In this document: positions 54,549 through 64,000 of the stretch, one piece after another
Layout of the letters: each line of letters starts with the position of its first letter
Numbering within the stretch: the first letter of the stretch is position 1
Origin: an uncultured Bacilli bacterium
Lineage (GTDB): Bacteria; Bacillota_I; Bacilli_A; RF39; UBA660
DNA: 64,000 bases
Assembly: GCA_910580185.1 (NCBI GenBank)
Contig: CAJTWC010000002.1
Location: 16,863 to 80,862, forward strand
Reading direction: 5' to 3'
Translations under genes and position numbers: made by a program
The notes under the pieces: model-generated
What the model was told of the DNA's origin: nothing
Database searches by the model: none
What the model saw: only the letters and a program-made list of their open reading frames with translations

Positions 54549-54974
54549 TTAGTCTTTGATTTCAATTCCCATGTTTTTAGCAGTTCCTGCAACTATTTTC
54601 ATAGCTTCTTCTACAGTATATGCATTTAAATCAGGTAATTTAATCTCAGCAATTTCTTTTAATTGTGCAGTTGTAATAGAACCAACAACTTCTGCAGAAC
54701 CTTTTGTAGATCCTTTTTTTACTTTTGCAACTTTCTTGATTAAGAATGCAGTTGGTGGAGTTAAAAATCTTAACTCAAAACTTCTGTCATCGTATACAGA
54801 AATTTCAACTGGAACGATATCTCCCATCTTATCTTTAGTTGCGTCATTATATTTAACACAAAATTCACCAGAGTTAACACCTAATGGTCCAAGTGCAGTA
54901 CCTACTGGTGGAGCAGGTGTAGCTTTACCTGCTGGTAATTGTAATTTTAACTTTCTTACTAATTCCTTTGCCAC
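54549..54974 (-). CDS. rplK: 50S ribosomal protein L11
   Basis: PAGKATPAPPVG motif; start assigned to GTG 54974 with perfect AGGAGGTG SD 6 nt upstream. Confidence 0.93.
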   Translation of the reverse strand: MAKELVRKLKLQLPAGKATPAPPVGTALGPLGVNSGEFCVKYNDATKDKMGDIVPVEISVYDDRSFELRFLTPPTAFLIKKVAKVKKGSTKGSAEVVGSITTAQLKEIAEIKLPDLNAYTVEEAMKIVAGTAKNMGIEIKD

Positions 54975-55136
54975 GAAAAACACCTCCTATAATAAATTTT
55001 TTCGCGAGTGGTCAAATAGCCTTTATTTTTTAATCCGCGCCTTCCACTTTCTTTTCTTTCATCATCTATATAAAATATATAGCTGCGCCTTCAATTTTAG
55101 CACAGTATATATGACAAAAGCAAGTATTTTTTATAC

Positions 55137-55682
55137 TTATTCTTTTGTAAATTGTGTTAATTCTAATTCAACGGTAGTTTCTTGACCAAATAAGTCGATT
55201 GATACTTGAGCAATTCCATTATCTATATCAAGTTCAACAATCTTACCTGCAAGCATCTTAAATGGCCCATCAGTAATTTTAACATTGTCACCAACTTCAT
55301 AATTAACCTCAACTACTTCGCCAGTATAACCAATTTCTTTAAAGATTCTTTCTACCTCATCATCATATAATGGAACTGGTTTAGCTCCCTTACCTGATGA
55401 TCCTAAAAATCCAGTTACTCCAGGAGTATTACGAACGATATACCATGATTCATCAGACATTATCATTTCAACTAATACATAACCTGGGAATAACTTCTTA
55501 AGTTTCTCTTTTTTCTTTCCATCTTTTATTTCTACTTCTTTTCTTTCTGGAACAATTACTCTAAAAATATTTTCTTGCTGTTCCATTGAGTTAATTCTCA
55601 TATCTAACTTTTCTTTTACTTTAGTTTCATGTCCAGAATACGTATTAACAACATACCACTTTTTTTCTTCCATATTACCCAA
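55137..55682 (-). CDS. nusG: Transcription termination/antitermination factor NusG
   Basis: KWYVVNTYSGHE NGN domain, C-terminal KOW motif. Confidence 0.92.
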   Translation of the reverse strand: MGNMEEKKWYVVNTYSGHETKVKEKLDMRINSMEQQENIFRVIVPERKEVEIKDGKKKEKLKKLFPGYVLVEMIMSDESWYIVRNTPGVTGFLGSSGKGAKPVPLYDDEVERIFKEIGYTGEVVEVNYEVGDNVKITDGPFKMLAGKIVELDIDNGIAQVSIDLFGQETTVELELTQFTKE

Positions 55683-55893
55683 TTAACTCCTTTACCTTTG
55701 ATATTAATGCAATTATTAAATCAGTTGCAACAAAAAATAAGCATATAAATAACATAAATAATAACGTTGCAACGGAAAATTTAATCAAATCTTTCTTTGA
55801 GGTCCAAATAACTTTTTTTCCTTCTTTTTTTACATCTGAAAAAAAGTCTTTTAAAAACACAAATAGGTTTCTTCTTTTTTTAGTTTTTACCAT
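55675..55893 (-). CDS. secE: Preprotein translocase subunit SecE
   Basis: Single C-terminal TM, about 72 aa from ATG 55893 (GGAGAAG SD); overlaps the nusG start. Confidence 0.7.
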   Translation of the reverse strand: MVKTKKRRNLFVFLKDFFSDVKKEGKKVIWTSKKDLIKFSVATLLFMLFICLFFVATDLIIALISKVKELIG

Positions 55894-55973
55894 AATTCTT
55901 CTCCTATAAGTCCAAAATAAAAACACCTTTTTAGTGCTAACTAATTAAATATTAGCACATTTATTTAAAATAG

Positions 55974-56612
55974 TCAATTTATTTCATCTAGTATTTTTCG
56001 AAGCTTTATTCTTATCCTAGCTAAAGCCCCATCAATTGCTTTTTTTGTCTTACCTAGCATACTAGCAATTTCTTCATATGAGAAATTGTTAATCCTAAGT
56101 TCATATACTTCTCTTTCCAAACTAGAAAATTCAGTTGCTAGTTTCTCATTAAATAATTCATTCTTTTCCTGGCTCACTAATAAGTCCTCTATTCCGCCTG
56201 TCGAATCTGAAACAACGTTATCAAAACTTTTTTCTCCTACATTATTTTCATAATCAAGAGAATATGATTCATTTAGTGCCTTATGTTTTTTTCTGCTTAC
56301 TACTCTAACAGCACTTATCATAGATCTTTTTATACACAAAAATGCAAACGTAGAAAAACGAATGTTTTTTTGATTTCTAAATCCTTCTACTGCGTTCATT
56401 AAACCAATTAAACCTTCTTGATATAAATCATTATAATCGATACCTTTTCCTTCTACTAATTTACTATATTTGTTAGCATAATAACTTATTACAGGATCAT
56501 ACTTTTTTTGTAATGTAGCATTTGCATCATCACTATTATCCGAAATCAAATATAAAAGTTCATTATCTATCTCAGGATTAGTATATTCTTTTTCCTCGAT
56601 CAAAAGTATCAC
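55974..56612 (-). CDS. sigH: RNA polymerase sigma factor SigH (sporulation/stationary-phase sigma-70 family)
   Basis: Regions 2 and 4 similar to B. subtilis SigH (QEGLIGLMNAV, KHKALNESYSLD, KKAIDGALARIRIKL); conserved position upstream of secE-nusG. Confidence 0.75.
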   Translation of the reverse strand: MILLIEEKEYTNPEIDNELLYLISDNSDDANATLQKKYDPVISYYANKYSKLVEGKGIDYNDLYQEGLIGLMNAVEGFRNQKNIRFSTFAFLCIKRSMISAVRVVSRKKHKALNESYSLDYENNVGEKSFDNVVSDSTGGIEDLLVSQEKNELFNEKLATEFSSLEREVYELRINNFSYEEIASMLGKTKKAIDGALARIRIKLRKILDEIN

Positions 56613-57326
56613 CTACTTTCTTTGCCTTACTACCTCATATATCATTATTCCTGCCGCAACGGATGCGTTAAGACTATTTATTTTACCATACATTGGTATT
56701 CTTGCAATAAAATCACAATTCTTTTTTACTAAATTACTCATTCCAAAACCTTCACTTCCAATTATTATACAAGTTGGAATAGTATAGTCTAGTTCATCAT
56801 AAATACTGCTGTTTTCCATATCGGTACCAACTATCCATACACCTTTTTTCTTTAATTTTTCAATTGTCTGATTAATATTGGTTATTTGCACTATCTTAAC
56901 ATTATCTAATGCACCTGTTGATGTTTTCATGACCGTTGAATTAACCCCTACGCTCCTGTTTTTAGGGATTACAATATAATCAACTCCAGCGGTCTCACAA
57001 GTTCTTATTATAGCACCAAAATTATGTGGATCTTCGATGTGATCTAATAAAACTATAAAGGGATTATCTCCTAGGTTTTCTAACATTTCTTTTTCGCTTA
57101 AATATTTATAATCATCTATTTCTAAAACTACACCTTGGTGATTTCCATCTACTTTTTTATCTAATTGTCTTTTATCCATATAATCTATGTTAACTTTGGC
57201 ATTTTTTAACAATGATTCTAAATCAGAATTCATAAACGTGTTTAATAAATAAGCTTTTTTTATTTCTCTTTTATTGTTGATTAATTCTTTTGCTACGTTT
57301 TTTCCATATACATACATATTACTCAC
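56613..57326 (-). CDS. rlmB: 23S rRNA (guanosine-2'-O)-methyltransferase RlmB (SpoU/TrmH family)
   Basis: SpoU motifs (DHIEDPHNFGAIIRT, IIGSEGFGMS), 237 aa. Confidence 0.7.
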   Translation of the reverse strand: MSNMYVYGKNVAKELINNKREIKKAYLLNTFMNSDLESLLKNAKVNIDYMDKRQLDKKVDGNHQGVVLEIDDYKYLSEKEMLENLGDNPFIVLLDHIEDPHNFGAIIRTCETAGVDYIVIPKNRSVGVNSTVMKTSTGALDNVKIVQITNINQTIEKLKKKGVWIVGTDMENSSIYDELDYTIPTCIIIGSEGFGMSNLVKKNCDFIARIPMYGKINSLNASVAAGIMIYEVVRQRK

Positions 57327-57741
57327 CTATTATCTCTTTCATTATTTCATTTATTCTATCGATATCTTTATTTTTGTATAACATTCCAAATAAAGCTTCT
57401 AATGCTGTTGCTTTCTTATATGTTTTTATATCAGCATGCTTAGGTTTTGAGTTTGTTTTATAATTTCTAGCTCTACCAACCGTGTATAATTCTTCTTTGG
57501 TTAAAAAGTTTTTATTAATAAGATTTTCTAATATATTAGCTTGAGCTTCTGCACTTACATAACTAATTGCTTCCTTTTGAAGCTCATTTACTTTTACTTT
57601 AAACTTATCAGTTAAATAATTTCTTATTAAAACTTCATAAACGGCATCACCTATATATGCTAAAACGCCCACATTAATCTCATTAATATTCATACAAATC
57701 ACTTCCAATAGTATTAAAACATATAAATATACAAAAAACAA
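57319..57741 (-). CDS. mrnC: Mini-ribonuclease 3
   Basis: AYIGDAVYEV RNase III-like signature, 140 aa; position next to rlmB. Confidence 0.7.
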   Translation of the reverse strand: MFFVYLYVLILLEVICMNINEINVGVLAYIGDAVYEVLIRNYLTDKFKVKVNELQKEAISYVSAEAQANILENLINKNFLTKEELYTVGRARNYKTNSKPKHADIKTYKKATALEALFGMLYKNKDIDRINEIMKEIIGE

Positions 57742-57755
57742 GGAATAAACCCTTG

Positions 57756-58034
57756 TTAATCTATCTTTAAAATCTTTTCTCCATATTTAGAATATAAATA
57801 CTTTTCCCTTGCATATCTAGCAGCATATTCAGGGTTTTTCAATTTTTCTACATCATCTGTTAATGTTATTTCTTCTTCTTTTAACTCTTCTAGTTTTTTT
57901 GTAAGCTCCGCTTTTTCTAGTTTTTTTTCACGAATTTTAGCAAGGTTACTAACTGATGAAATTATGCATAGACATATTATAAAAAAGCATATTATTGGTA
58001 ATAAAACCATTCTACGACGATCTTTTGCTTTCAT
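57756..58034 (-). CDS. Septum formation initiator family protein (DivIC/FtsB)
   Basis: N-terminal TM, coiled coil, C-terminal EYAARYAREKYLYSKYGEKILK. Confidence 0.6.
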   Translation of the reverse strand: MKAKDRRRMVLLPIICFFIICLCIISSVSNLAKIREKKLEKAELTKKLEELKEEEITLTDDVEKLKNPEYAARYAREKYLYSKYGEKILKID

Positions 58035-58084
58035 CTATATCAACTCCATTATATTTTTATTATATAATGATATCTATGAGTTTT

Positions 58085-58357
58085 TCAACTTTTTTTGTCG
58101 CTAAAGTAAAGGAATTGACAAAAGAAAAGACCAAATATAAAACATATTCCAATATATATTGATAAAATACCATTATTAAGTTTATATAGCAAATAATAAA
58201 ACAAGGAAACATGCGTCATTAAAAATAATAATTCAAATACACTTTTTACCAAAAAATTTTTAATTAACATTTTTCTAAAATATTTCAAAGTTGTTAAAAA
58301 AAACATACCATATAAAAAGGAGTAAAAAATAACTCTAAACTGTTCATCTAAGTTCAC
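58085..58357 (-). CDS. yabQ: YabQ-like spore cortex biosynthesis membrane protein
   Basis: 90-aa multi-TM protein between yabP and divIC, as in Bacillus. Confidence 0.4.
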   Translation of the reverse strand: MNLDEQFRVIFYSFLYGMFFLTTLKYFRKMLIKNFLVKSVFELLFLMTHVSLFYYLLYKLNNGILSIYIGICFIFGLFFCQFLYFSDKKS

Positions 58358-58647
58358 TACTTAAACAGCCTCGCCATCATACCATTTTCCTTTTTATCTT
58401 TTTCATCTTCTAAATAAGATAAAGTATTTAAAATTCCTTTTATAACTATGGTACCCTCGTATGTATCAAGTTTTATTATTTCTAAATTTTTCCCTTTAAT
58501 TCCAAGGATGCCTGCGGTAGTTTCTAACAAAAACTCTTCATTATCAAAACTATCAATTTTTACAATACCATTTATTTGAATATTTTGTCTTTCAGTTACT
58601 ACTATATTATGATTTAAAAATTCTAACTTATCAGTTTCTTTGTTCAT
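58357..58647 (-). CDS. yabP: Sporulation protein YabP
   Basis: Matches YabP pattern (NIVVTERQNIQINGIVKIDSFDNEEFLLETTAGILGIKGKNLEI...). Confidence 0.65.
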   Translation of the reverse strand: MNKETDKLEFLNHNIVVTERQNIQINGIVKIDSFDNEEFLLETTAGILGIKGKNLEIIKLDTYEGTIVIKGILNTLSYLEDEKDKKENGMMARLFK

Positions 58648-58689
58648 GGTTCCTCCTGATAAATTATATTAAAAAAAAAAGAAAGTATT

Positions 58690-58947
58690 CTAACTTTCCT
58701 TTTTGTATTCTTCTATTATTGCTTCTTCTATAGTTTCTCTTAATTCCTTATTAACTGGATAAACATAGTCAACATATTTATCATCTGCTATTTTTCTATT
58801 TGGCATTGCTGCAAACATTCTTTCATTTCCTTCGATAATTCTTATACCGTTTATTTTAAGAACACCATCTAATTCTATTACGGCATATCCTTTTACTCTT
58901 GAGTTTTCTTTTTCTTCTTTTTGAACTTTTACGTTAGTAACTTGCAT
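58690..58947 (-). CDS. spoVG: Septation protein SpoVG
   Basis: MQVTNVKV...RIIEGNERMFAAMP canonical SpoVG, 85 aa. Confidence 0.85.
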   Translation of the reverse strand: MQVTNVKVQKEEKENSRVKGYAVIELDGVLKINGIRIIEGNERMFAAMPNRKIADDKYVDYVYPVNKELRETIEEAIIEEYKKES

Positions 58948-58990
58948 TCTATCACTCCTTAGGTTTATTACAATTATATTCTAACATAAT

Positions 58991-59022
58991 AATGAAAAAA
59001 ATAGCAAATTAATTGCTATTTT
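58991..59022 (-). terminator. Rho-independent terminator of the adhesin operon (overlaps the stop codon)
   Basis: ATAGCAA-UUAAU-UUGCUAU plus a U-run on the minus strand. Confidence 0.5.
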
Positions 59023-61328
59023 TTAAATTTCTTTCTTAAGAATATTAATAATGCTAGTATAACTACTAAACCACCAATTAATAGAACATAATTAATCACT
59101 TTTCTACCAGTAATAATTGTTACAACTAATTCTGCAGAATCATAGCTTCCTGTTGTCTTTTCCTTATGATTTATTAATTGAACATTATAATAATCATCTT
59201 TTGCTTTATCACTTACCGTAAAAGTTGCTGTTGAATCCTTATCTTTTATTATACTAAACCCAACTGGAGCTTCTTTTTCAACAAACCTATATTCTCCTGC
59301 TGGTAGGCCTACTACGTTTATCATACCAGTATCAAAAGTTTCTAATAAATATGTTGAATTATTACTTTCGCTCTTTACAGTTGAATCATATTTATAAATA
59401 ATTCCTTTAACATGCGTTAATAAAACATCTTTATAAACACCATTTTCCTTCTTTTGAAGGGAAAATTTTCCACCTGTTATTAAATTACCATTTTCATTTA
59501 CTTTGTGAAATACAACTCCTGTTACACCGTTTTCCATGGTAACTGTTTGATCTTTTCCTGGTGATACAGTTACTTGTTTAGAAGGATTTGACGGTAAAGT
59601 ATGACCACAAGAAGTAGCTACTTCTTTTACTTCATATTTACCTTCTAATATATTCGATATATCAAATTCACCATTACATGTTTTTATTCTATCTGTTGTA
59701 CCTGTTGCACATGTTTCTGAAAGAGAATCATACGTATATTTACCATCTATTACATTTCCTTTTGAGTCTTTATTTTCTTTGACACATACTCTTTTATTAT
59801 CTTTTGTGATGATGAATATTGGACCATTTTCACGATTTTGTTCGTCAGGGCAAGTTTTTACCTGGCAAGCATCACCTGTTAGTTTAGTTTTATTACCATC
59901 TTCATCTATTGTGTATTTAAGCATTTTTAAATGTATAGGATCATTTTTTATGGTTAATGTTGCATAAGCTTTATTCTTAACAGTATGTGATGCACTGACT
60001 GTAATTGGATAAATTTTTCCATTTGTTTTAAAGCCACCTGGAGTATTAGCTTCCCTAATATAGTATGTACCTATTTTAGTAAGATTACTGTAAGTTGCAA
60101 CTCCATTTTTATCAGTTGCAGTAGTTGTACCTACTTTATTTTTTGCAGTTGCAGCCTTGTCAGTAAATATATCAAATTTTACACCCTTAATAGGCTTACT
60201 AGATTCACTATCAACCTTTGTTATTTTCACTTGATATTTAGGTTTTTCACCAGTGTATAATGATAAATAAAACGCTTTTGATGTTGAACCTTGCATCAAG
60301 TTCTGATAATTATTTTTCTTATAGTATTTAGTAGCAAAAGTATTTAATCTTTTACTACCATCATCTTTATATGTATATTTTAAAACTACTGGAATAGCCT
60401 TATTTGATGGTATTTCTTTTGTGGTAGAAAAAGTACATTGTGCATTATTACATTTACATGTTATTCCATCAACGGTTGCACCTTTAACACAGTCTGCGTT
60501 TTTCCCGTTTATTTGGTACGTATAATATCTAAATAAATCAGGAGCAATCTTTGATCCATGTACAAAAGTTTTATAAAAAGCTTGTTTACTATCATTATAT
60601 GAAGATAACTCTTGCTTTTTTGATGTATTAGAAGTTGATCCAGCCCATGATGGTGCAGATATATTAAATCTTGCTGCACATCTTAAAAGTGATTTATATG
60701 AACCATATATAGAACCTCTTGCCTTTATTCTCGAATATAAACTACACTTATTAGAAACTGATGAGGCATTGTTATCATAACATGCATCTACATTACCACT
60801 ATAATAAGATGTAGAATAATCCCCTCCTAGAATATCAGTTGCGTTAATTGAGCTTCTTTCACCTGTTACAAGTTCCCAAACAACTGCTTGGGCGGACGCT
60901 ATACTATAATAGTTATCCCCATTTGAAGCATAACTATTCCAACATGATAATACCTTTTTTAAGTCTTCTTGAACAGCAGAATTTTTAAACCTACTATCCC
61001 ATGAGCTTTTATAAAGTGATGGTATGCTTGTTGTTTCTTCATAACTATAAGAATTATTTGACGGAAAAGAAGCACCTGGTTCCACACAAAATACTTGTTG
61101 ATTATCAGATGTATTTACAAAGCTTGCAATATACTTAGTTTCTCTTCTACCATAATCCTTAGTGTAATAATAAACATTGGCATATTCCATAAACCCTGGA
61201 TTCTTTTTAACATAATCTCCCCATATAGTTGTATTTTTAATAGTTACGTTTCTTGCACATACAACTGATGGTAAAATACAAAAACTAATTATTATCATTA
61301 ATAATATATTTAATACTTTATTCTTCAT
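59016..61328 (-). CDS. Surface adhesin with N-terminal thioester domain (TED; Cys in ..QVFCVEPG.., Gln in ..SAQAVVWEL..), two Cna-B/SpaA-like isopeptide domains and a C-terminal TM anchor (no LPXTG seen)
   Basis: Signal peptide; FCVEPG and AQAVVW (TQxA[IV]W variant) motifs; ITKVDSESSKPIKGVKFDIF...GTYYIREANTPGGF and GVVFHKVNENGNLITGGKFSL...GEYRFVEKEAPVGF CnaB-type repeats; hydrophobic tail plus RKKFKK. Confidence 0.6.
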   Translation of the reverse strand: MKNKVLNILLMIIISFCILPSVVCARNVTIKNTTIWGDYVKKNPGFMEYANVYYYTKDYGRRETKYIASFVNTSDNQQVFCVEPGASFPSNNSYSYEETTSIPSLYKSSWDSRFKNSAVQEDLKKVLSCWNSYASNGDNYYSIASAQAVVWELVTGERSSINATDILGGDYSTSYYSGNVDACYDNNASSVSNKCSLYSRIKARGSIYGSYKSLLRCAARFNISAPSWAGSTSNTSKKQELSSYNDSKQAFYKTFVHGSKIAPDLFRYYTYQINGKNADCVKGATVDGITCKCNNAQCTFSTTKEIPSNKAIPVVLKYTYKDDGSKRLNTFATKYYKKNNYQNLMQGSTSKAFYLSLYTGEKPKYQVKITKVDSESSKPIKGVKFDIFTDKAATAKNKVGTTTATDKNGVATYSNLTKIGTYYIREANTPGGFKTNGKIYPITVSASHTVKNKAYATLTIKNDPIHLKMLKYTIDEDGNKTKLTGDACQVKTCPDEQNRENGPIFIITKDNKRVCVKENKDSKGNVIDGKYTYDSLSETCATGTTDRIKTCNGEFDISNILEGKYEVKEVATSCGHTLPSNPSKQVTVSPGKDQTVTMENGVTGVVFHKVNENGNLITGGKFSLQKKENGVYKDVLLTHVKGIIYKYDSTVKSESNNSTYLLETFDTGMINVVGLPAGEYRFVEKEAPVGFSIIKDKDSTATFTVSDKAKDDYYNVQLINHKEKTTGSYDSAELVVTIITGRKVINYVLLIGGLVVILALLIFLRKKFKK

Positions 61329-64000
61329 CAGCTGTACCTCCTAAAATTTCTAAATCATCAACGGATGCTGTGTTAACAAATGAACCAGCTTCTTTTCTTG
61401 TTATATCAAATGCAATTGTCAAATAAACCTTTTGCCCTTCTTCTAACAAGTCATGAGCAAGGGATACGTTCGTAAGAGTACCATCCTCATTTAAGAACCA
61501 ATCTTTATTTTCAGCATAATTTTCATTAAATACCATGCCATCTGGAACTGTTTCATTTACTGATTTTATATATCCAGGATAGTATTTAATATTTTCTATT
61601 TCTATTGTATAAACAACTTTTATTGATAAATTATTTATATCCTTGACATCTAGCTTTGCAAGTTTAGCATTACCATAATCACGCTTAGTAACTAATCCTA
61701 ATTTATTAGTAACCTCTGCACTAGTTACATATTTATTAAGTTTAACTTGGAATTTTTTTCTTAGTGAAAGCCCCAAATTAATATTACTTATTGTTCTAGT
61801 GTCTGGAGTTACTGTAATAATATTGGTTTTTACAACTGGGATTTCCTCTGGCTGTTCTTCTTCAGCATCATCATTTATTGTACCAGAATCACCTTCTGAT
61901 GGTTCTTGTTCTTCTGGAACTTTCTCTGGAGAACTAGTTTCAGGAGTCTTATCATCTTCTCTTGGTTTATCATCTTTATCAGAAGGTTGTTGAGAAGGTT
62001 TATTAGTATCTACCACAGAATTAGAATCACTTATAAATACTGAAATCTTAGATAAATCTATATAAGAATCAAGTGCAATTGTTCTTGAATACTTATCATT
62101 GTTAAAGTCTGCTGTTATATAATATTTTCCTTCACTAAAACCTGAGAACGTATATATACCTTTTTTATTAGGTGTTGTTGTATCAACTAAGGTACCATCT
62201 TCTTTAAATAAATTTAAAGTTACGTTTTCTATCTTTTTCTCAGTATCTTCCATTATACCATTATCATTAAAGTCTTCCCAAACAACGCCAGTTATTTTTT
62301 TACTTACAACACTAACAGATAAGTCCTTGAACGCTAATTGTTCTGCTAAACCATCATACATCAAGTATGATTTAAATACATATTTATCATCTGGAGCATT
62401 ATTATTAGTGGAAATAGTAACAGAGGCCTCTTTTGTATCAAATTTATCAATGGAATCATAATGAACTCTAAACGCAGTAAGCTTACCTGAGGCTTTCGCA
62501 GTTGAACAATCTTCCCAGTCAGCCCCAGGTGCATCCTCAATTATTTTACTTGGTAATGCGGTAGTACACTCAGCTTTTACGCCTGTTGGGAAAGTTATAT
62601 CATAAGTACCATTATACGTAGCTGTATCAGCATCAATATAAGGTAATATAGTATAAACATAAGCATTAGTTACGTTTGATTCTTGATTATTATGTAATTT
62701 TGTTTTAAACACAAATTTATCATTTTTATCTATATTTGATATTACTTGTGTTTGATTATCATTATATGCATATTGACCGTATGCTACTTTTTGACTATTT
62801 AAAACAGTGACATTACTAACATTAGTTTTATCCTTACTTGAACTTGATAAATCATTAGCTAAACTTACAGTAGTCCAATCACCAATTTGAGTGATTATTT
62901 GTAAAGTTGACTTATCTTGTGTTGTAACATCAATGCTAAAATCAAAATGAATTGCTTCTATCCATGAGTTTGGCTCTACTCCTTGATATGTGTAAGTAAG
63001 TATTGTATTGCCTTTGGAATCACGGATAATACCATTTTTATCATCAGGTTGGACTTCATAATCCGCATTATATACATAATTTATGCCTTGAGGTAAAATG
63101 AATTTTACAGGTATAGTATTTAACTTTTCGTATCCAAATATATTTGAATTCAAAGCCATAGCTGGTGATGTAACACTAGTAGATGCATATAATGTGTAAA
63201 TATCATTTTTAGTTGCATCAAGCGTTATATTAGTCTTATCAAGGTCATCTCCCTTACCTAAGTATGTATTAGTTCTTACTTTATATGGTGTAACATACAC
63301 GTTTTTAGAAGAAAGAGAATTTGATCCATCTGATGAAACAATAGTATTTCCTGATTTAAAAGATACATGTGCTGTAGTATTAAAGGATTTATTATTTAAA
63401 TCTACTGAAGCATCAGTTATCGTTTTTACTAAATAGTCGGTTCTAAGTTTTATAGTAGTTCCCGCAGGAATTTCTTTTGCTACCTTTATTTCTATATTAG
63501 TTATATTATCTTTTGTTTTATTATATGATTCAGGATCTATATTACAACTTGTAGGACTTGTACAATATTTTATACTTATATTTTCTACTGGTATGTCTAA
63601 TTCTTCTCCATAGTGTTCAAACCTCATCGAATAATACGGTGTATTTGAATCCGAACTTATAGCAATTGGAATCATATGATCCTTATTTATATCTAATAAT
63701 ATTTTTAAATCGGTCATATTACCATCTGCATCAGCACCATAATTATATATAGTTTGAAGTCTTACTTGTTCTCCCATAGCTGCAGTATAATAATTTCCAC
63801 TTAATTTATCTTTCGAATCATCTAATACTTTTACATAAGATTCATTTTCATTTACATACAAAGCATTTGTTAATAAATTATTTCCTGTAGAATTTTTTAC
63901 GTTTTCTTTTGTTGCTGTTTTAGGATTTGATTCATTTGCCTTAGTAAAAGCAGATAATTCAATGGTTGAAACTTCTGATGCGGTTGGAACAGTTACAAAA
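61318..64000 (-). CDS. Large surface protein with SdrD-B/Cna-B-like domain and Pro/Glu-rich linker; 5'-truncated by the window edge (frame stays open to position 64000); overlaps the downstream adhesin gene by 11 nt
   Basis: ORF-track 'start' at 63861 is TTG, and the frame continues upstream with no stop (…FVTVPTASEVSTIELSAFTKANESNPKTATKENVKNSTGNNLLTNA-LYVNENES…); GVVWEDFNDNGIMEDTE...GIYTFSGFSEGKYYI SdrD-B-like motif. Confidence 0.6.
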   Translation of the reverse strand, partial: FVTVPTASEVSTIELSAFTKANESNPKTATKENVKNSTGNNLLTNALYVNENESYVKVLDDSKDKLSGNYYTAAMGEQVRLQTIYNYGADADGNMTDLKILLDINKDHMIPIAISSDSNTPYYSMRFEHYGEELDIPVENISIKYCTSPTSCNIDPESYNKTKDNITNIEIKVAKEIPAGTTIKLRTDYLVKTITDASVDLNNKSFNTTAHVSFKSGNTIVSSDGSNSLSSKNVYVTPYKVRTNTYLGKGDDLDKTNITLDATKNDIYTLYASTSVTSPAMALNSNIFGYEKLNTIPVKFILPQGINYVYNADYEVQPDDKNGIIRDSKGNTILTYTYQGVEPNSWIEAIHFDFSIDVTTQDKSTLQIITQIGDWTTVSLANDLSSSSKDKTNVSNVTVLNSQKVAYGQYAYNDNQTQVISNIDKNDKFVFKTKLHNNQESNVTNAYVYTILPYIDADTATYNGTYDITFPTGVKAECTTALPSKIIEDAPGADWEDCSTAKASGKLTAFRVHYDSIDKFDTKEASVTISTNNNAPDDKYVFKSYLMYDGLAEQLAFKDLSVSVVSKKITGVVWEDFNDNGIMEDTEKKIENVTLNLFKEDGTLVDTTTPNKKGIYTFSGFSEGKYYITADFNNDKYSRTIALDSYIDLSKISVFISDSNSVVDTNKPSQQPSDKDDKPREDDKTPETSSPEKVPEEQEPSEGDSGTINDDAEEEQPEEIPVVKTNIITVTPDTRTISNINLGLSLRKKFQVKLNKYVTSAEVTNKLGLVTKRDYGNAKLAKLDVKDINNLSIKVVYTIEIENIKYYPGYIKSVNETVPDGMVFNENYAENKDWFLNEDGTLTNVSLAHDLLEEGQKVYLTIAFDITRKEAGSFVNTASVDDLEILGGTADEE

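Noticed and set aside
59016-61328. LPXTG sortase sorting signal on the TED/CnaB adhesin
   Set aside because: The C-terminus has a hydrophobic segment and a basic tail (RKKFKK), but the preceding sequence (…HKEKTTGSYDSAELVV…) contains no LPXTG/NPQTN/SPXTG-like pentapeptide. Anchoring may be by TM only or by a non-canonical motif.

Overview
AT-rich (about 28-30% GC) low-GC Firmicute chromosome, apparently a spore-former: spoIIR, sigH, yabP, yabQ, spoVG and a YjcZ-like small protein are present. The standard genetic code applies; long ORFs carry TGG tryptophans and TGA works as a stop. Most of the window is core housekeeping in a Bacillus-like but rearranged order. On the minus strand this includes mrnC-rlmB-sigH-secE-nusG-rplK-rplA-rplJ-rplL-ybxB-like MTase-[330 aa ORF]-rpoB-rpoC, then tilS, ftsH, argS, rpoE, prfA, prmC, spoIIR, fba, murA, rpmE and rpsL-rpsG-fusA-tuf. 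Further along the minus strand lie eno-[630 aa ORF]-secG-rnr-smpB ... ssrA(tmRNA), and trxA-trxB. A class A PBP and a FemAB homolog are on the plus strand. Non-core content worth attention: (1) a candidate type I toxin-antitoxin locus at 42.7-42.9 kb, a 26-aa hydrophobic peptide convergent with a promoter-plus-terminator small RNA; (2) a two-member paralogous family of uncharacterised proteins (630 aa and 416 aa), one of them inserted between eno and secG; (3) an alkaline-phosphatase-superfamily phosphodiesterase gene interrupted only by an in-frame TGA; (4) a two-gene surface-adhesin operon at the 3' edge, comprising a thioester-domain (TED/TIE-like) adhesin with Cna-B domains and a large SdrD-B-like repeat protein truncated by the window; (5) an XRE-HTH/KilA-N pair plus an HD-domain gene next to the tmRNA gene; (6) orphan ORFs inserted into conserved operon junctions (ybxB|rpoB, rpoC downstream). 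All functional calls rest on motif-level recognition by eye; no database search was possible.
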